From NCBI GenBank assembly GCA_964016885.1, contig OZ024745.1, positions 42,532,001-42,596,000 on the forward strand: DNA of 64,000 nucleotides, read 5' to 3'. The translations under genes were made by a program, and so were the position numbers. This document shows positions 1 through 11,052 of the stretch, piece by piece. The notes beneath the pieces were generated by a model. It was not told where the DNA came from. It saw only the letters and a list, made by a program, of their open reading frames with translations, and ran no database searches. How positions within the stretch are numbered: position 1 is the stretch's first letter; each line of letters opens with the position of its first letter. Source of the DNA: Eledone cirrhosa (lineage: Eukaryota).

Positions 1-559
1 AAGAAATTAACGTTTCAGATACCCATCTTTTTTATTTTGTCTGAGAGTGAGGTGGAAGATATAAAATGTGATGTTCTCCCCTGGGCATAGCCTACTTCAA
101 GACCATTACTGGGCTTCGAGAGAACAATGGGAAGCTACTCAAGTATTCACCACCAGATCAGACACATCAACCACATTGATTAACCTTTTTATTGATATTT
201 TGTGTTCGTAAAGAATTTTTAAAACCCGGATTAGAATCAATTTACAGAAAAAAAACAACAGAGAGAGAGACAGAGAAAGACAGAGATGAGTCAGAGAAGG
301 AGAGAGAGAGAGTGAAAGAGATTAACACAGAGAAAGAAAGAAAGTACAGATAGACTTTATCCATCGTGGGGTGGCTGAAGAGGAAAGTGAATCTATTTCG
401 GTTTTTTTTTGGGGGGGGGGGAGTTCTTGTTCTTATTTTTGTTATTTTTCTTTGTTCAACTTTTCTATTTATTACTGCTTTTATTAACGCTTCGCGCTCC
501 TTCTTTGATTAACTGTTTACTTACCAGCGCTACACCTCTCTCTCGCTCTCTCTCTCACC

Positions 560-591
<32 letters not shown>

Positions 592-749
592 CTTTCGCTT
601 TCTCTCTCACACGCTCTCTAACCTCTTTTTAGACGAAAGTCTATTTATATTTCTCTCCTTACGTCGTTACCATTCGCACAACTTATTTTGTTTGTTTTTG
701 TATTATTTGTTCATGTGCAACTGTAGATAGTTAGATAGATAGATAGATA

Positions 750-2063
750 ACTTTCTATTTATTTGCCACCAGGGCATAAAAGATTGGGACAAATACAAAG
801 GGGGGCGGGTTACATACAATAAAACAAGTACAAAAATATAACAAACAAAATAAAACAATTATTTAAATACCCCCCCCCCCAAAAAAAAATGAGCAACCCT
901 TCTCCTCGGGAGCACAAAGAGAGGGTGCTCCCTTCTCCTATTCTTTCCACCTACAGGCTGATGTAGAGAGAAGGCCCATTCACACGGGCCATTCTCGCCA
1001 CTTTCACCCTCCTTTCATAAAACTGGCTGAGGTGGAGCACCTCTCTCTCCATCCTGATCCTTCTTCCGAAATGATATCGGAAGAAAAGGACGAGTTGTTG
1101 GCCGGAGAGAAAGGTGTCCGACCTTATTCCTTTAAAACGCGTCCACCATACAACCTCTTTCACCATGGCTATTACACAGAGGAAGACCGCCTCTCCTTCG
1201 CTTTTGAAGAGGGGGGAGGGCGGTTTGATCGTAACAATGGACTCGATGGTCAACCGGATTGGTCCCACCCGTGACAGCATTCGTTCCACATAGCCCCACA
1301 GGTCGGCAATGCCCGGGCAGTGTACCAATGCGTGCGCGACGGTTTCCTCGTCGCGCACGCATCTCGAACAGATCTTTTTCGAAGGGGCCCTACCCGGGCG
1401 CCCCTGTCTGTAGAGCTTGTCTCGAACGGGCAGAGCCCCACGGTAGCACCGCCAAGCCAGGGACCTCTGGAAGTTGTCCATCGGTCCCAGGCCAAATGTC
1501 CTACCAAACAGGCTTGCCAGTTCTTCCTCCGCCATGCCTAGGGCTTCTCCGAGGGCGTCGTCGCACCTGCTGTTGACCAACCCTCTATAGAATGTCGAGG
1601 TGGAGTCTCCACTGATAGCTGGGTCCGCCTGCCAGAGAGCCGTGAGCGTCTGAGCACACTCCGTGTGCCAGGCGCCCAGTTTTCTCGGTCTTTGCTTGAC
1701 CCAGGATTGCAGCTCGGTAAGCGAGGCGAGTCTCGGAAAGGCTCGCCTCACAAACGGGGCCCACACCGGTTGACCGGTGAGGAATACCTGGAGGTACCGT
1801 AGCCTTAATGCGTATTTACGCATCTGCAGCCACGGCATCCCCAGCCCGCCTTTCGAAGGGTGTTGACAGCAGATGGATCTCCTCACCAAAGGTGCACGCT
1901 TCTTCCAAAGGAATTGGAAGAGTGCGCGCTCCATTTTGGTGGTCGTTTCACCTGGGCAAGGCACGACAGTCAAGCGGTAATAGATTACGGACGCTATTTA
2001 AGCGTTCGCCACGTCCGCCCGACCTTTCAGGGATAGTTTGCACTCTGCCCACTTCTGGGCCAT
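750..2063 (-). mobile_element. Tx1-clade non-LTR retrotransposon, 5'-truncated copy 1 (3' end of ORF2 plus 3' UTR)
   Basis: ORF 951-1973 is colinear with the C-terminus of ORF 8050-10833, including GGLGMP and the CxxC-x8-H-x4-C knuckle (CSRCVRDEETVAHALVHC). An in-frame TAA lies near 1998. (GATA)n flanks it at 724-749 and 2065-2126. Confidence 0.93.
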
Positions 2064-2064
2064 G

Positions 2065-2128
<64 letters not shown>

Positions 2129-2505
2129 GCTCGTAGGAAACGAAGGTATAAACACAAACTTTCTAAACTCATAGAACATTTCTTTAAAAGTCAGGCGACT
2201 AATTGTAAGTTCATCACACTCATATTGTGTCCTCAGTCAATCTCTTCTGGTGTTATTACAACAATTTTCAGATTTCCACTGCCACTTTTGGCCTCGTCAT
2301 CTCTACTATTTCACAAACTTCAAATCCCGTAATAAAAACATTATACTTCCTTTATTTGAAGAATTTCAGTCTCACCATACATATTCAATTTTACGCCATG
2401 ATAGACTATAATCTAGTGGATACTTCTGGTGTCCTTAGCCCTAGGACCACATCCCTACTCACCACAATCGGCATGGAGTTGGCTCCCTACAGATTTATAT
2501 ATATA

Positions 2506-2578
<73 letters not shown>

Positions 2579-2686
2579 TGTGTCCCCTTACCTTCTAACA
2601 CTTCATTAGATAGATATCTTTCTTTATTTAGATAGATAGATAGATATAGAAACGCGCGTGCACGCACACACACATATGTATGTATG

Positions 2687-2730
<44 letters not shown>

Positions 2731-2733
<3 letters not shown>

Positions 2734-2910
2734 ATAGTAATAATAATAAATGTGAAGACTAAAATCCAAAGAGGGTTCGATAAGGATAAATATATATCAA
2801 ATATATAAGAACCCTAGAGCAAATATTTATTAAAATAACAGATTAAAGTTTAATCAAAGATCTTCTGCAGATCCCGTTAAGGGTGAAAGCAGCGATTCTT
2901 TGCTTAAATT
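2731..2910. mobile_element. PLE-like terminal fragment with internal inversion; same family at 52636-52669 and 55585-55743
   Basis: Near-identical to 55590-55743. Segment 2866-2908 is inverted relative to that copy and carries a degenerate hammerhead-like core (GA-TCCC-GTTAA-GGGT-GAAA). Abuts (TA)n. Confidence 0.6.
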
Positions 2911-2924
2911 CAAAGACCAAAGGT

Positions 2925-3069
2925 CATTATTGAAAGTCTCCGGATTTCGTAAAGTACATATTTTTTGAAAATGTTATTTATTCATTATAAAAATTAAATG
3001 ATAGCATTCAATATGTAGGTGGGCCCCCTTCATCTTGGAACCAATATTTTTAGACCTAGTCCGCCACTG
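2925..3069. repeat. Partial copy of the terminus at 4935-5154, ending CCGCCACTG (possible hAT-like CAG(G/T)GGCGG end)
   Basis: Direct sequence match to 4935-5154 with an internal deletion. Confidence 0.55.
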
Positions 3070-3157
3070 TATATATGAAGTTCAGGTGTAATCCGGATTG
3101 GTATCCAATTTCGGGGTGAAAATCCAATTAGAAAATCCAACGAATTTTGAAAGGTCC

Positions 3158-3712
3158 ACGAAGTTCGATCCAGGTTGGTAGTAGGGTTCCCATTAAACCT
3201 TTTCGTTTTTTTTTTCTATGGATTGAAAAATAAAAACTGAAAAAAAGGTTACATGTACCTCTTGACAAGGATTGAACCAAAGGCCAGGATATCCAGCGTC
3301 TCTAGTACTTTCCACTTGGCCACAGAGACAACTACGAAAATCTTATGAAAATTCATACTTATAAACCTACTTTCAAAATTTTCAAAACAAAGTGTTATGG
3401 TGTCGTTCATGTCTTTCTTAATGTTATTGCTCCTACTTAAGGTCGACTCCTAAATTATTTGGGTGTTCCATAAACTACATCCTCATTTTGTTTCTCATCT
3501 ATCTAGACTACCTTTTAACCTGTAATCCACGTTTCATTTCTGTTCCAACTCATTTCTCCCCCACACTCTCTCTATATATATATGTGTGTATGTATGTAAA
3601 AGGTAAACAGAAATAACAACACAATCGCTACAGTATATGGAAGGGATATATTAGGTTAACGCTTGATATAGCAGGAAGAGGGTCTTAACGATTCGGACGC
3701 TAGTCCTTCACC
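3158..3712 (-). repeat. Partial copy of the hammerhead + Pol III cassette repeat
   Basis: Reverse complement of about 4215-4764. Confidence 0.85.
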
Positions 3713-3915
3713 TTGATTCCTATCGCTTTCTCTTGATGATTAACATCTCTTACAACTAATACAGACCGACTACATATGCTCACTCTACTTTTTCCTTCAC
3801 TGCTCTGTATACACACATGCACTCCCTTATATTAACATACTTCGTACTTACATGCACACACACGCTTTTACTCACATATACACACACATTTATTCTTAGC
3901 TTCGTACGGACGTAT

Positions 3916-3981
<66 letters not shown>

Positions 3982-4208
3982 GCGCGCGCAAGTGCACAAG
4001 TATAGCTCTTTTTACAAAACGGCTTTTTTCCATTTCAGGTAGACGCGCTCCAACATCCACTTTTCGAAAGAATAAATCATACACACAACGCCAGCACCAA
4101 CAGTTTTGTAAGAGATGTTAACATGAATGGACCTGTTATTTTTATCTAAAGACATTTTTTCCTATTCCAACCCGCCCGTCCCCTCAATCTATCTTATTTC
4201 TCATTCTT

Positions 4209-4244
4209 TCTTCCGATGAAGGACTAGCGTCCGAAACGTTAAGA
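4209..4244 (+). ncRNA. Minimal type I hammerhead-like motif (U4C variant)
   Basis: TCTT-CCGATGA-A-GGAC-TAGC-GTCC-GAAA-CG-TT-AAGA. Palindromic ACGT stem III. The copy near 33222-33256 (-) reads GTGATGA, so the consensus is probably CTGATGA. Confidence 0.65.
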
Positions 4245-4598
4245 CTCTCTTCCTGCTATATCAAGCGTTAACCTAATATATCCCTTCCATATACTGTAGC
4301 GATTGTGTTGTTATTTCTGTTTACCTTTTACATACATACACACATATATAGAGAGAGAGGGGGGGGGGGGAGAAATGAGGTGGAACAGAAATGAAACGTG
4401 GATTACAGGTTAAAATGTAGTATAGATAGATGAGAAACAAAACAAGGATGTAGTTTATGGAACACCCAAATAATTTAGGAGTCGACCTTAAGTAGGGGCA
4501 ATAACTTTAAGAAAGACATGAACGACACCATAACACTTTGTTTTGAAAATTTTGAAAGTAGGTTTATAAGTATGAATTTTCATAAGATTTTCGTAGTT

Positions 4599-4686
4599 GT
4601 CTCTGTGGCCTAGCGGTAGGTACTAGAGACGGTGGAGGTCCTGGCCTTGGGTTCAGTCCTTGTCAGGAGGGACGTCTAACCTTTTT
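4599..4686 (+). ncRNA. tRNA-like Pol III unit 1 (putative)
   Basis: A box TGGCCTAGCGG 4606-4616, B box GGTTCAGTCC 4650-4659, T5 terminator 4682-4686, TTTATAA 4563-4569. Confidence 0.65.
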
Positions 4687-4720
4687 AAGTCTTTATTTTA
4701 CAACCCATAGAAAAAAACTG

Positions 4721-4813
4721 AAAAGGTTTACTGGGAACCCTATTACCAACCAGGATCGAACTTCAGACAAGGATCATCACCGTCTATGATCCCTCCAACT
4801 AGGCCACCGAGAC
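4721..4813 (-). ncRNA. tRNA-like Pol III unit 2 (putative, diverged paralog of unit 1)
   Basis: Minus strand: A box TGGCCTAGTTGG, B box AGTTCGATCC, AAACCTTTT end, TTTATAA at 4843-4849. Confidence 0.6.
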
Positions 4814-5159
4814 AGCTACAAAAGTGGAATGGAAATTGATAATTATAAACCTACTTTCAAAATCAAAGTTAAAAAGATGTGGTGTTGTTCATGGCTTTCC
4901 TAGAGCTTTTAGTAATACTTAGGGTTGACTTCTGGTCATAATTGAAAGTCTCCGGATTTCGCAAAATACATAATATATTTTATTGGGGAAGGTAAGATAT
5001 ATTTCCGCAAAAATTTGATTGCACTGTTTTGTTTCCGATTATGTATTTTTCGAAAATGTTATTTATTCATTATAAAAATTAAATGTTAGCATACTATATG
5101 TAGGTGGACCCCCTTCACCTGGCAACCAATATTTTTAGACCCAGTCCGCCCCTGTGTAT

Positions 5160-5288
5160 ATATGTATAGTTCTTGTAGGACGTTTGAGCACTCGGTGCTC
5201 GCGCAGAGCAGAGTATATTATTATAGATAACGAGGAATCAGTAATGCATCAATGTGTTTTGATGCATACTGATTCCTCGTTATCTATC
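5160..5288. repeat. Short fold-back insert; family member at about 34945-35075 in opposite orientation
   Basis: ATAGATAACGAGGAATCAGTA-ATGCATCAA / TTGATGCAT-ACTGATTCCTCGTTATCTAT inverted repeat between TA-rich tracts. Confidence 0.65.
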
Positions 5289-5398
<110 letters not shown>

Positions 5399-5594
5399 AA
5401 ATTAAAAATGCGAGGAAATGATAGACATAAATATATCTTTTCTTCAAAGACCCGGCGCAGTTTCGCCAAATTGGTTTGCAACAATCATGCACAATAGAAG
5501 TGCACCATCCCCGTGAATTTGTGAGGCTTATCAAGAGACCCCTCAGATAGGGGACTGTTTCTTGACCCGATCGTTACAATTGAATATATAAATA

Positions 5595-5656
<62 letters not shown>

Positions 5657-5687
5657 AAGATATATTCATGTATGTATCTATATATAA

Positions 5688-5746
<59 letters not shown>

Positions 5747-5747
<1 letters not shown>

Positions 5748-6515
5748 TAGCGGCAGTACCCAGCGTTGCCTGGGTAGGTAAAATAATATCTGCTTTGGTG
5801 AAAAGGTATTGATCTTAGCGACTGCTTCTCGATAACTCATCTATGCCCACACACAGGCTATGAGGGGGAGGGTGGTGATGACCTCTATCACTGAGAAACG
5901 CGGGTGACTGATGAAGGGGCATGCTGGGGGAGGGTGTTTCGAATTTGAACGAAATCGGTTGAAAAATGTGGGAGCTAGAGCCGAAAAGGCGGAAATTTGA
6001 GCGAAAAGGTGGTATTTTCGAATATTTAAACGGCTGCCACGCCGTTCCTGAACAAAAAATCCAAAATGTAATGCCACTTTAAGACGTGAAATAATCATAT
6101 CTAGCGTAGTGTAAAATTTGAACAAAGTAGGTTGATTAATGTGGGAACTAGAGCCGAAAAAATGGAAATTGGAGTCTAAAAGTGGTATTTTTGAATATTT
6201 AAGTGGCTGCAACGCCGTCCTCGAACAACAAATACAAAATATAAAGTCATTACAGGATGTGCAATGATAAATTCTATTTTGCTTTAAAATTTGAACGAAA
6301 TCAGTGGCAAAATGTGGGAGCTAGAGCCAAAAATCTTATTTTTATCTGCAGAATGAGCCCGGAATAAAATTTTAAAAAAAAACGATACTCTGATATATAG
6401 AAAACACTCCCTATGAGCCTGTAAAGTTTCATGAAAATCGGTCGTCGTAAGATGTAGGCCCCTATAGGTAATACACAGACACACACACAGATACTTAATT
6501 TTATATATATACAGA
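5747..6515 (-). mobile_element. Non-autonomous Helitron
   Basis: Minus strand begins TC (6515) and ends with hairpin TACCCAG-GCAACG-CTGGGTA then CTAG (5750-5747). Inserted between A and T with no TSD. Internal degenerate tandem repeats. Confidence 0.85.
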
Positions 6516-6544
6516 TATATGTGTCGGTGTTTATATATATATAT

Positions 6545-7158
6545 AGTATAATAATTAGTATACTTCAATCTGGCTAAATTTTTCTTTTGCAATATATATA
6601 CAGATGTGTTGGTATCTGTGTTTCATCACTTACATATTAATTTATACACTGCTCAGGGGATATTTTTTCCTCATTCGAGCTGATTCCATTGTAAAAGAAT
6701 TCATTACCTTATTAATTTTAACTGCTCCTAGTTTGAGCTGCAAACCGTCCCATATATACGACTGTTATTTCTAGCAGTACGGTTATGAGACTAGTTAGAT
6801 ACTGTAAAGCCATGTGCGCCATGCAGTCTTTTAAATTATTTAGAAGTGAAGCATATCAATTTGTCTCTGGATGTTTACTGAGGAGAGCGGGACATGATAT
6901 TCCTACACTTTTTTAACTCGAAACATATTTGGATCTTAAAGTCTAAACTTATCTACGGAACAGGTTTGATTTTGAAATTTAAATGTGTCTAAACATCACG
7001 GCCTTTTGGCAATACAGTTCGTCTCCGTTGATTTATTATTTTAAATCGATATGGACAAACTGTAGTATAATAATTAGTATACTTCAATCTGGCTAAATTT
7101 TTCTTTTGCAATATATATACAGATGTGTTGGTATCTGTGTTTCATCACTTACATATTA

Positions 7159-7165
<7 letters not shown>
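6545..7165 (+). mobile_element. Hammerhead-bearing non-coding element (PLE pLTR/retrozyme-like) with about 100-bp terminal direct repeat
   Basis: 6545-6645 is repeated at 7063-7165 (period about 518 nt). One hammerhead per unit. (TA)n at the right end. Confidence 0.8.
6870..6997 (+). ncRNA. Type I hammerhead ribozyme with extended stem III
   Basis: Stem I GATGTTTA/TAAACATC (8 bp), CTGAGGA 6878-6884, stem II GAG/CTC, GAAA 6920-6923, stem III ACATATTTGGAT/ATTTAAATGTGT, GTC cleavage triplet 6987-6989. Confidence 0.85.
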
Positions 7166-7212
<47 letters not shown>

Positions 7213-7215
7213 ATA

Positions 7216-7323
<108 letters not shown>

Positions 7324-7345
7324 GGTGTGTGTATATATATATATA

Positions 7346-7428
<83 letters not shown>

Positions 7429-7596
7429 GTCTATCTGTCTATCTAGCTATCTACCTATCCCTCTCATCACACACACACATACATACACACACACACACAT
7501 ACATATATGTATATCTGTGTAAGTGTATATGTGTGTATATGTGTGTGTGTGTGATGAGAGAGATGGGTATATAGCTAGACAGACAGCTAAGTACAC

Positions 7597-7684
<88 letters not shown>

Positions 7685-7693
7685 TATAGATAA

Positions 7694-7724
<31 letters not shown>

Positions 7725-7765
7725 TATTTCTTTTATTTGCCACTAGGGCATCAAAAGTGGGACAA
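7725..7765 (-). mobile_element. 41-nt solo 3' terminus of the same Tx1 element
   Basis: TATTTCTTTTATTTGCCACTAGGGCATCAAAAGTGGGACAA repeats 7786-7826 exactly, separated from it by (GATA)5. Confidence 0.9.
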
Positions 7766-7785
7766 GATAGATAGATAGATAGATA

Positions 7786-10700
7786 TATTTCTTTTATTTG
7801 CCACTAGGGCATCAAAAGTGGGACAAGTACAAAGGGGGGAGTTTACACAAAAAGGCGTCCTCAATAAGGAGAAGGCAATAACAAAATATAAAAATAAAAT
7901 AAGATATAACAAAAAATAAAATTTTTAACAAAATCCTCAATAGAGAGGAGGCGCCTTGGGGGGTCGCACACACCCCCGAAAAAAGTGTGCAACCCTTCTC
8001 CTCAGGAGCACAGAGAAGGGGTGCTCCCTTGGTCTTTTATCTTCCTCACCTATAGTCTGATGTAGAGTGAAGGCCCATTCACACGGGCCATTCTCGCCAC
8101 TTTCACCCATCTTTCATAGAAACGGCTGGGGTGCAGCACCTCTCTCTCCATCCTGATCCTTCTTCCGAAATGATATCGGAAGAAACGGACCAGTTGTTGG
8201 CCAGAGAGAAAGGTGCCCGACCTCAGTCCTTTCAGACGCGTCCACCATACAACCTCTTTCGCCATGGCTATTACGCACAGAAACACCGCCTCTGCTTCAT
8301 CTTTGAAGGGGGGAGGCGGCTTGATCATTACAATCGACTCGGTGGTCAACCGGATCGGTCCCACCCTTGACAGCAGTTGTTCGACATAGCCCCACAGATC
8401 GGCTACGCCCGAGCAGTGTACTAATGCGTGTGCAACGGTTTCCTCGTCGCACACGCATCTGGGACAGATCTTTTTGGCGGGGTCCCTACCCGGGCGCCCG
8501 TGTCTGTAGAGCCTTTCTCGAACGGGTAAAGCCCCTCGGTAGCACTGCCAGGCCAGGGACTTCTGGAAGTTGTCCATAGGTCCCGGGCTGAATGTCCTAC
8601 CGAACAGGCTGGCCAGTTCGTCCTCCTCCATGTCTAGGGCTTCTCCGAGGGCGTCGTCGCACCTGCTGCGTACCAGCCCTCTATAGAATGTTGCGGTGGA
8701 GTCTCCACTGATAACCGGATCCGCCTGCCAGAGGGCGGTGAGCGCCTGGGCACACTCAGTGTGCCAGGCGCCCAGTTTTCTCGGTCTTTGCTTGACCCAG
8801 GATTGCAGCTCGGTGAGTGAGACGAGTTTGGGAAAGGTTCGTCTCACAAACGAGGCCCACACCGGTTGTCCGGTGAGGAATACGTAGAGGTGCCGTAGCC
8901 TTAATGCGTGTTTACGCATCATTAGCCACGGCATCCCCAGCCCTCCTTTCGAAGGGTGTTGACAGCAGATGGATCTCCTCACCATAGGAGCCCGCCTCTT
9001 CCAAAGGAATTGGAAGAGCGCGCGCTCCATCTTGGTGAGGGTTTCCCTTGGGCAGGGCACTACGGTCAGGCGGTAGTAGATGACGGACGCTATGTAGGTG
9101 TTCGCCACCTCCGCCCGACCTTTCAGGGATAGTTTGCAACTGGCCCACTTCTGGGTCAGTGCAAACACCCTGTTCGTAACCTCCGCCCAGTTTTTCTCCA
9201 CCTGGAGGTCCGGTCCGAACCAGACCCCGAGCAACTTCACCGGGCCCTCCGTCCAGCGTCCGACGACGCTATCGGAGGGCATCGGTCTGCCCCTCCACGT
9301 GCCGAGTTGCAAACCGATCGACTTGTCCCGGTTCAGCTTAGCCCCTGTGAACTTTTCGTACTCCTCCAGTAAGGTGCCGACCGCCTCGATTTCGGAGGCC
9401 GTCGACACCATTACTGTCACGTCATCGGCGTAGGCCGACACCGCTTTCCGCAATCCCGGTTCCAAAGGGATGCCCTGCAACAACTCCAACTTCCGCAGTA
9501 GTGGCTCGAGAGTCAACACATACAGAAGGGAGGAGAGAGGGCACCCTTGTCGGATGGACCGCGCGATTTTGAACGGCTCCGAGAGGTAGCCGTTCACCTT
9601 GACCCTAGAGCAGATGCGGCTGCTGTGCATAGCAGTGATCCAGCCCCTGAAAACGGGTCCGAAGCCTGCCGCCGCTAGCACCGCATCCAGGTAACCATGG
9701 TCGACCCTATCGAACGCCTTAGATTGATCCAAGTTGATCAGAGCCCCACCAAAGCCGGGTTCGTTCCCAACCCTCTCTATGATGTATCGCATGAGGTGGA
9801 GGTTGTCATGGATGGACCTGGACGGGATAGCGCATGTCTGCGCATCTCCCACCAGGTTGCCCACGACAAGCGCCAACCTCTTTGCTAGCACCTTGGCCAA
9901 AATCTGTAACTCTGTATTTAGCAGTGTTATGGGCCTGAAGTTACTTATTTCGTCCCCCTTGTTCTCGTCCTTCCTCACTAGCGTGACTACGCCCTTGGTC
10001 ACAGTACAGGGAATTCTCCCGTTCTGTTGCCAGTTGCAGTAGACCGCCTCGAGGAGATCGGGGAACAAGTCCGGCATAGCTAGATATAATTCGTAAGGAA
10101 GACCATCGAGACCCGGGGATTTGCGTTTGCCGCATTGGCTCAGCACGTCCTCTATCTCAGCGGCCGAAATCGGCTCCTCGCAGGACTTCGCCTCCCTGTC
10201 CGAGAGGCGCGGCAGGCCGTCGAGGTATGGACCGAAGTCCACGTTCCCAACCGGCTCCCCGCCCCTCCCGAACAGTCGGGCAAAGTGCCTTTGAAAGGCC
10301 TCACACATCTGCTTAGGCTCAAGAATCGCCCGTCCATCCAGGTCTTGCAAAGACCGGATGGTGGATTTAGTTCCACTGTTGGCCTCTGTCACGCGGGCCC
10401 AGCTAACAGCTTTGGTCCCCTCGTTCCCTAGAGCACGTATTTTACTTCGGACAACGCAGCCTTCGTGCTTCGCGTCGAAAAACTGGCTCAACGCCGTTCT
10501 CGACGCTAGCACTCTGGCCACGTCGCCGCTTCTAATTGCCTCTTCTACTCTATCTATTAGCTCCCTTTCCTTCCTATTCCTATCCGCAGCTAGAACCTTA
10601 CTAAATTCTATCGAGACTACTCTAATCTCTCTCTTTAGAGATACCCACCACCTGCTGTTGACGATCGCTCCAGTCAACCGTTCCTTAACTAACGTACTAA

Positions 10701-10900
10701 TCCGATTCCTGTAGGCTCTACTTGCCGGCAAGGACAAGTTGAGCTTCCAGTAACCGGGGCCCTGTCTATGAGTTCTGTCAAGGTTGACCATGCAGGTCAC
10801 TAATTTGTGGTCTGAATAGCCAACAATGCGCATTTTTGGACAACTTAAAAAGTCCTTATCCTTAATTCTAACTAAGAACCTATCTAGGTACGACCTAGAT
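7786..10900 (-). mobile_element. Tx1-clade non-LTR retrotransposon, 5'-truncated copy 2
   Basis: Long intact ORF2 plus a 3' UTR ending TGCC-CTAGT-GGCA-AATAAAAGAAATA-(TATC)n. Truncated inside the endonuclease domain. (GATA)n on both sides. Confidence 0.96.
8050..10899 (-). CDS. Tx1/L1-group ORF2: end of APE endonuclease, reverse transcriptase, C-terminal CCHC zinc knuckle (N-terminally truncated)
   Basis: Motifs SYLDR...SDH (APE end; the frame stays open 22 codons upstream of the Met at 10833), GPGYWKLN, KSPGLDG, FRPITLLN, LDQSKAFDRVDH, RQGCPLS, YADDV, CPRC...HALVHC. No internal stops. Confidence 0.95.
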   Translation of the reverse strand, partial: SRSYLDRFLVRIKDKDFLSCPKMRIVGYSDHKLVTCMVNLDRTHRQGPGYWKLNLSLPASRAYRNRISTLVKERLTGAIVNSRWWVSLKREIRVVSIEFSKVLAADRNRKERELIDRVEEAIRSGDVARVLASRTALSQFFDAKHEGCVVRSKIRALGNEGTKAVSWARVTEANSGTKSTIRSLQDLDGRAILEPKQMCEAFQRHFARLFGRGGEPVGNVDFGPYLDGLPRLSDREAKSCEEPISAAEIEDVLSQCGKRKSPGLDGLPYELYLAMPDLFPDLLEAVYCNWQQNGRIPCTVTKGVVTLVRKDENKGDEISNFRPITLLNTELQILAKVLAKRLALVVGNLVGDAQTCAIPSRSIHDNLHLMRYIIERVGNEPGFGGALINLDQSKAFDRVDHGYLDAVLAAAGFGPVFRGWITAMHSSRICSRVKVNGYLSEPFKIARSIRQGCPLSSLLYVLTLEPLLRKLELLQGIPLEPGLRKAVSAYADDVTVMVSTASEIEAVGTLLEEYEKFTGAKLNRDKSIGLQLGTWRGRPMPSDSVVGRWTEGPVKLLGVWFGPDLQVEKNWAEVTNRVFALTQKWASCKLSLKGRAEVANTYIASVIYYRLTVVPCPRETLTKMERALFQFLWKRRAPMVRRSICCQHPSKGGLGMPWLMMRKHALRLRHLYVFLTGQPVWASFVRRTFPKLVSLTELQSWVKQRPRKLGAWHTECAQALTALWQADPVISGDSTATFYRGLVRSRCDDALGEALDMEEDELASLFGRTFSPGPMDNFQKSLAWQCYRGALPVRERLYRHGRPGRDPAKKICPRCVCDEETVAHALVHCSGVADLWGYVEQLLSRVGPIRLTTESIVMIKPPPPFKDEAEAVFLCVIAMAKEVVWWTRLKGLRSGTFLSGQQLVRFFRYHFGRRIRMEREVLHPSRFYERWVKVARMARVNGPSLYIRL

Positions 10901-10933
10901 GATAGATAGATAGATAGAGGGAGAAAGAGAGAA

Positions 10934-10980
<47 letters not shown>

Positions 10981-10983
10981 TAT

Positions 10984-11052
<69 letters not shown>

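Larger units (their letters stand above)
3991..5154 (+). mobile_element. Composite repeat: PLE-like hammerhead segment + (TA)/(GA)/G tract + two convergent tRNA-like units + CCGCCCCTG terminus
   Basis: Homologous to 3158-3712 and 32720-33410, with the same internal junction in all three copies. Confidence 0.75.

Noticed and set aside
4599-4686. Functional tRNA gene
   Set aside because: Acceptor-, D- and T-like parts are visible, but no canonical anticodon arm; reported as a tRNA-like unit instead.
5445-5545. Hammerhead with compensatory U3-A8 core (minus strand TTGATAA-GCC...GGC-GAAAC)
   Set aside because: No convincing stem I and a poor stem III; cannot be separated from decay or chance.
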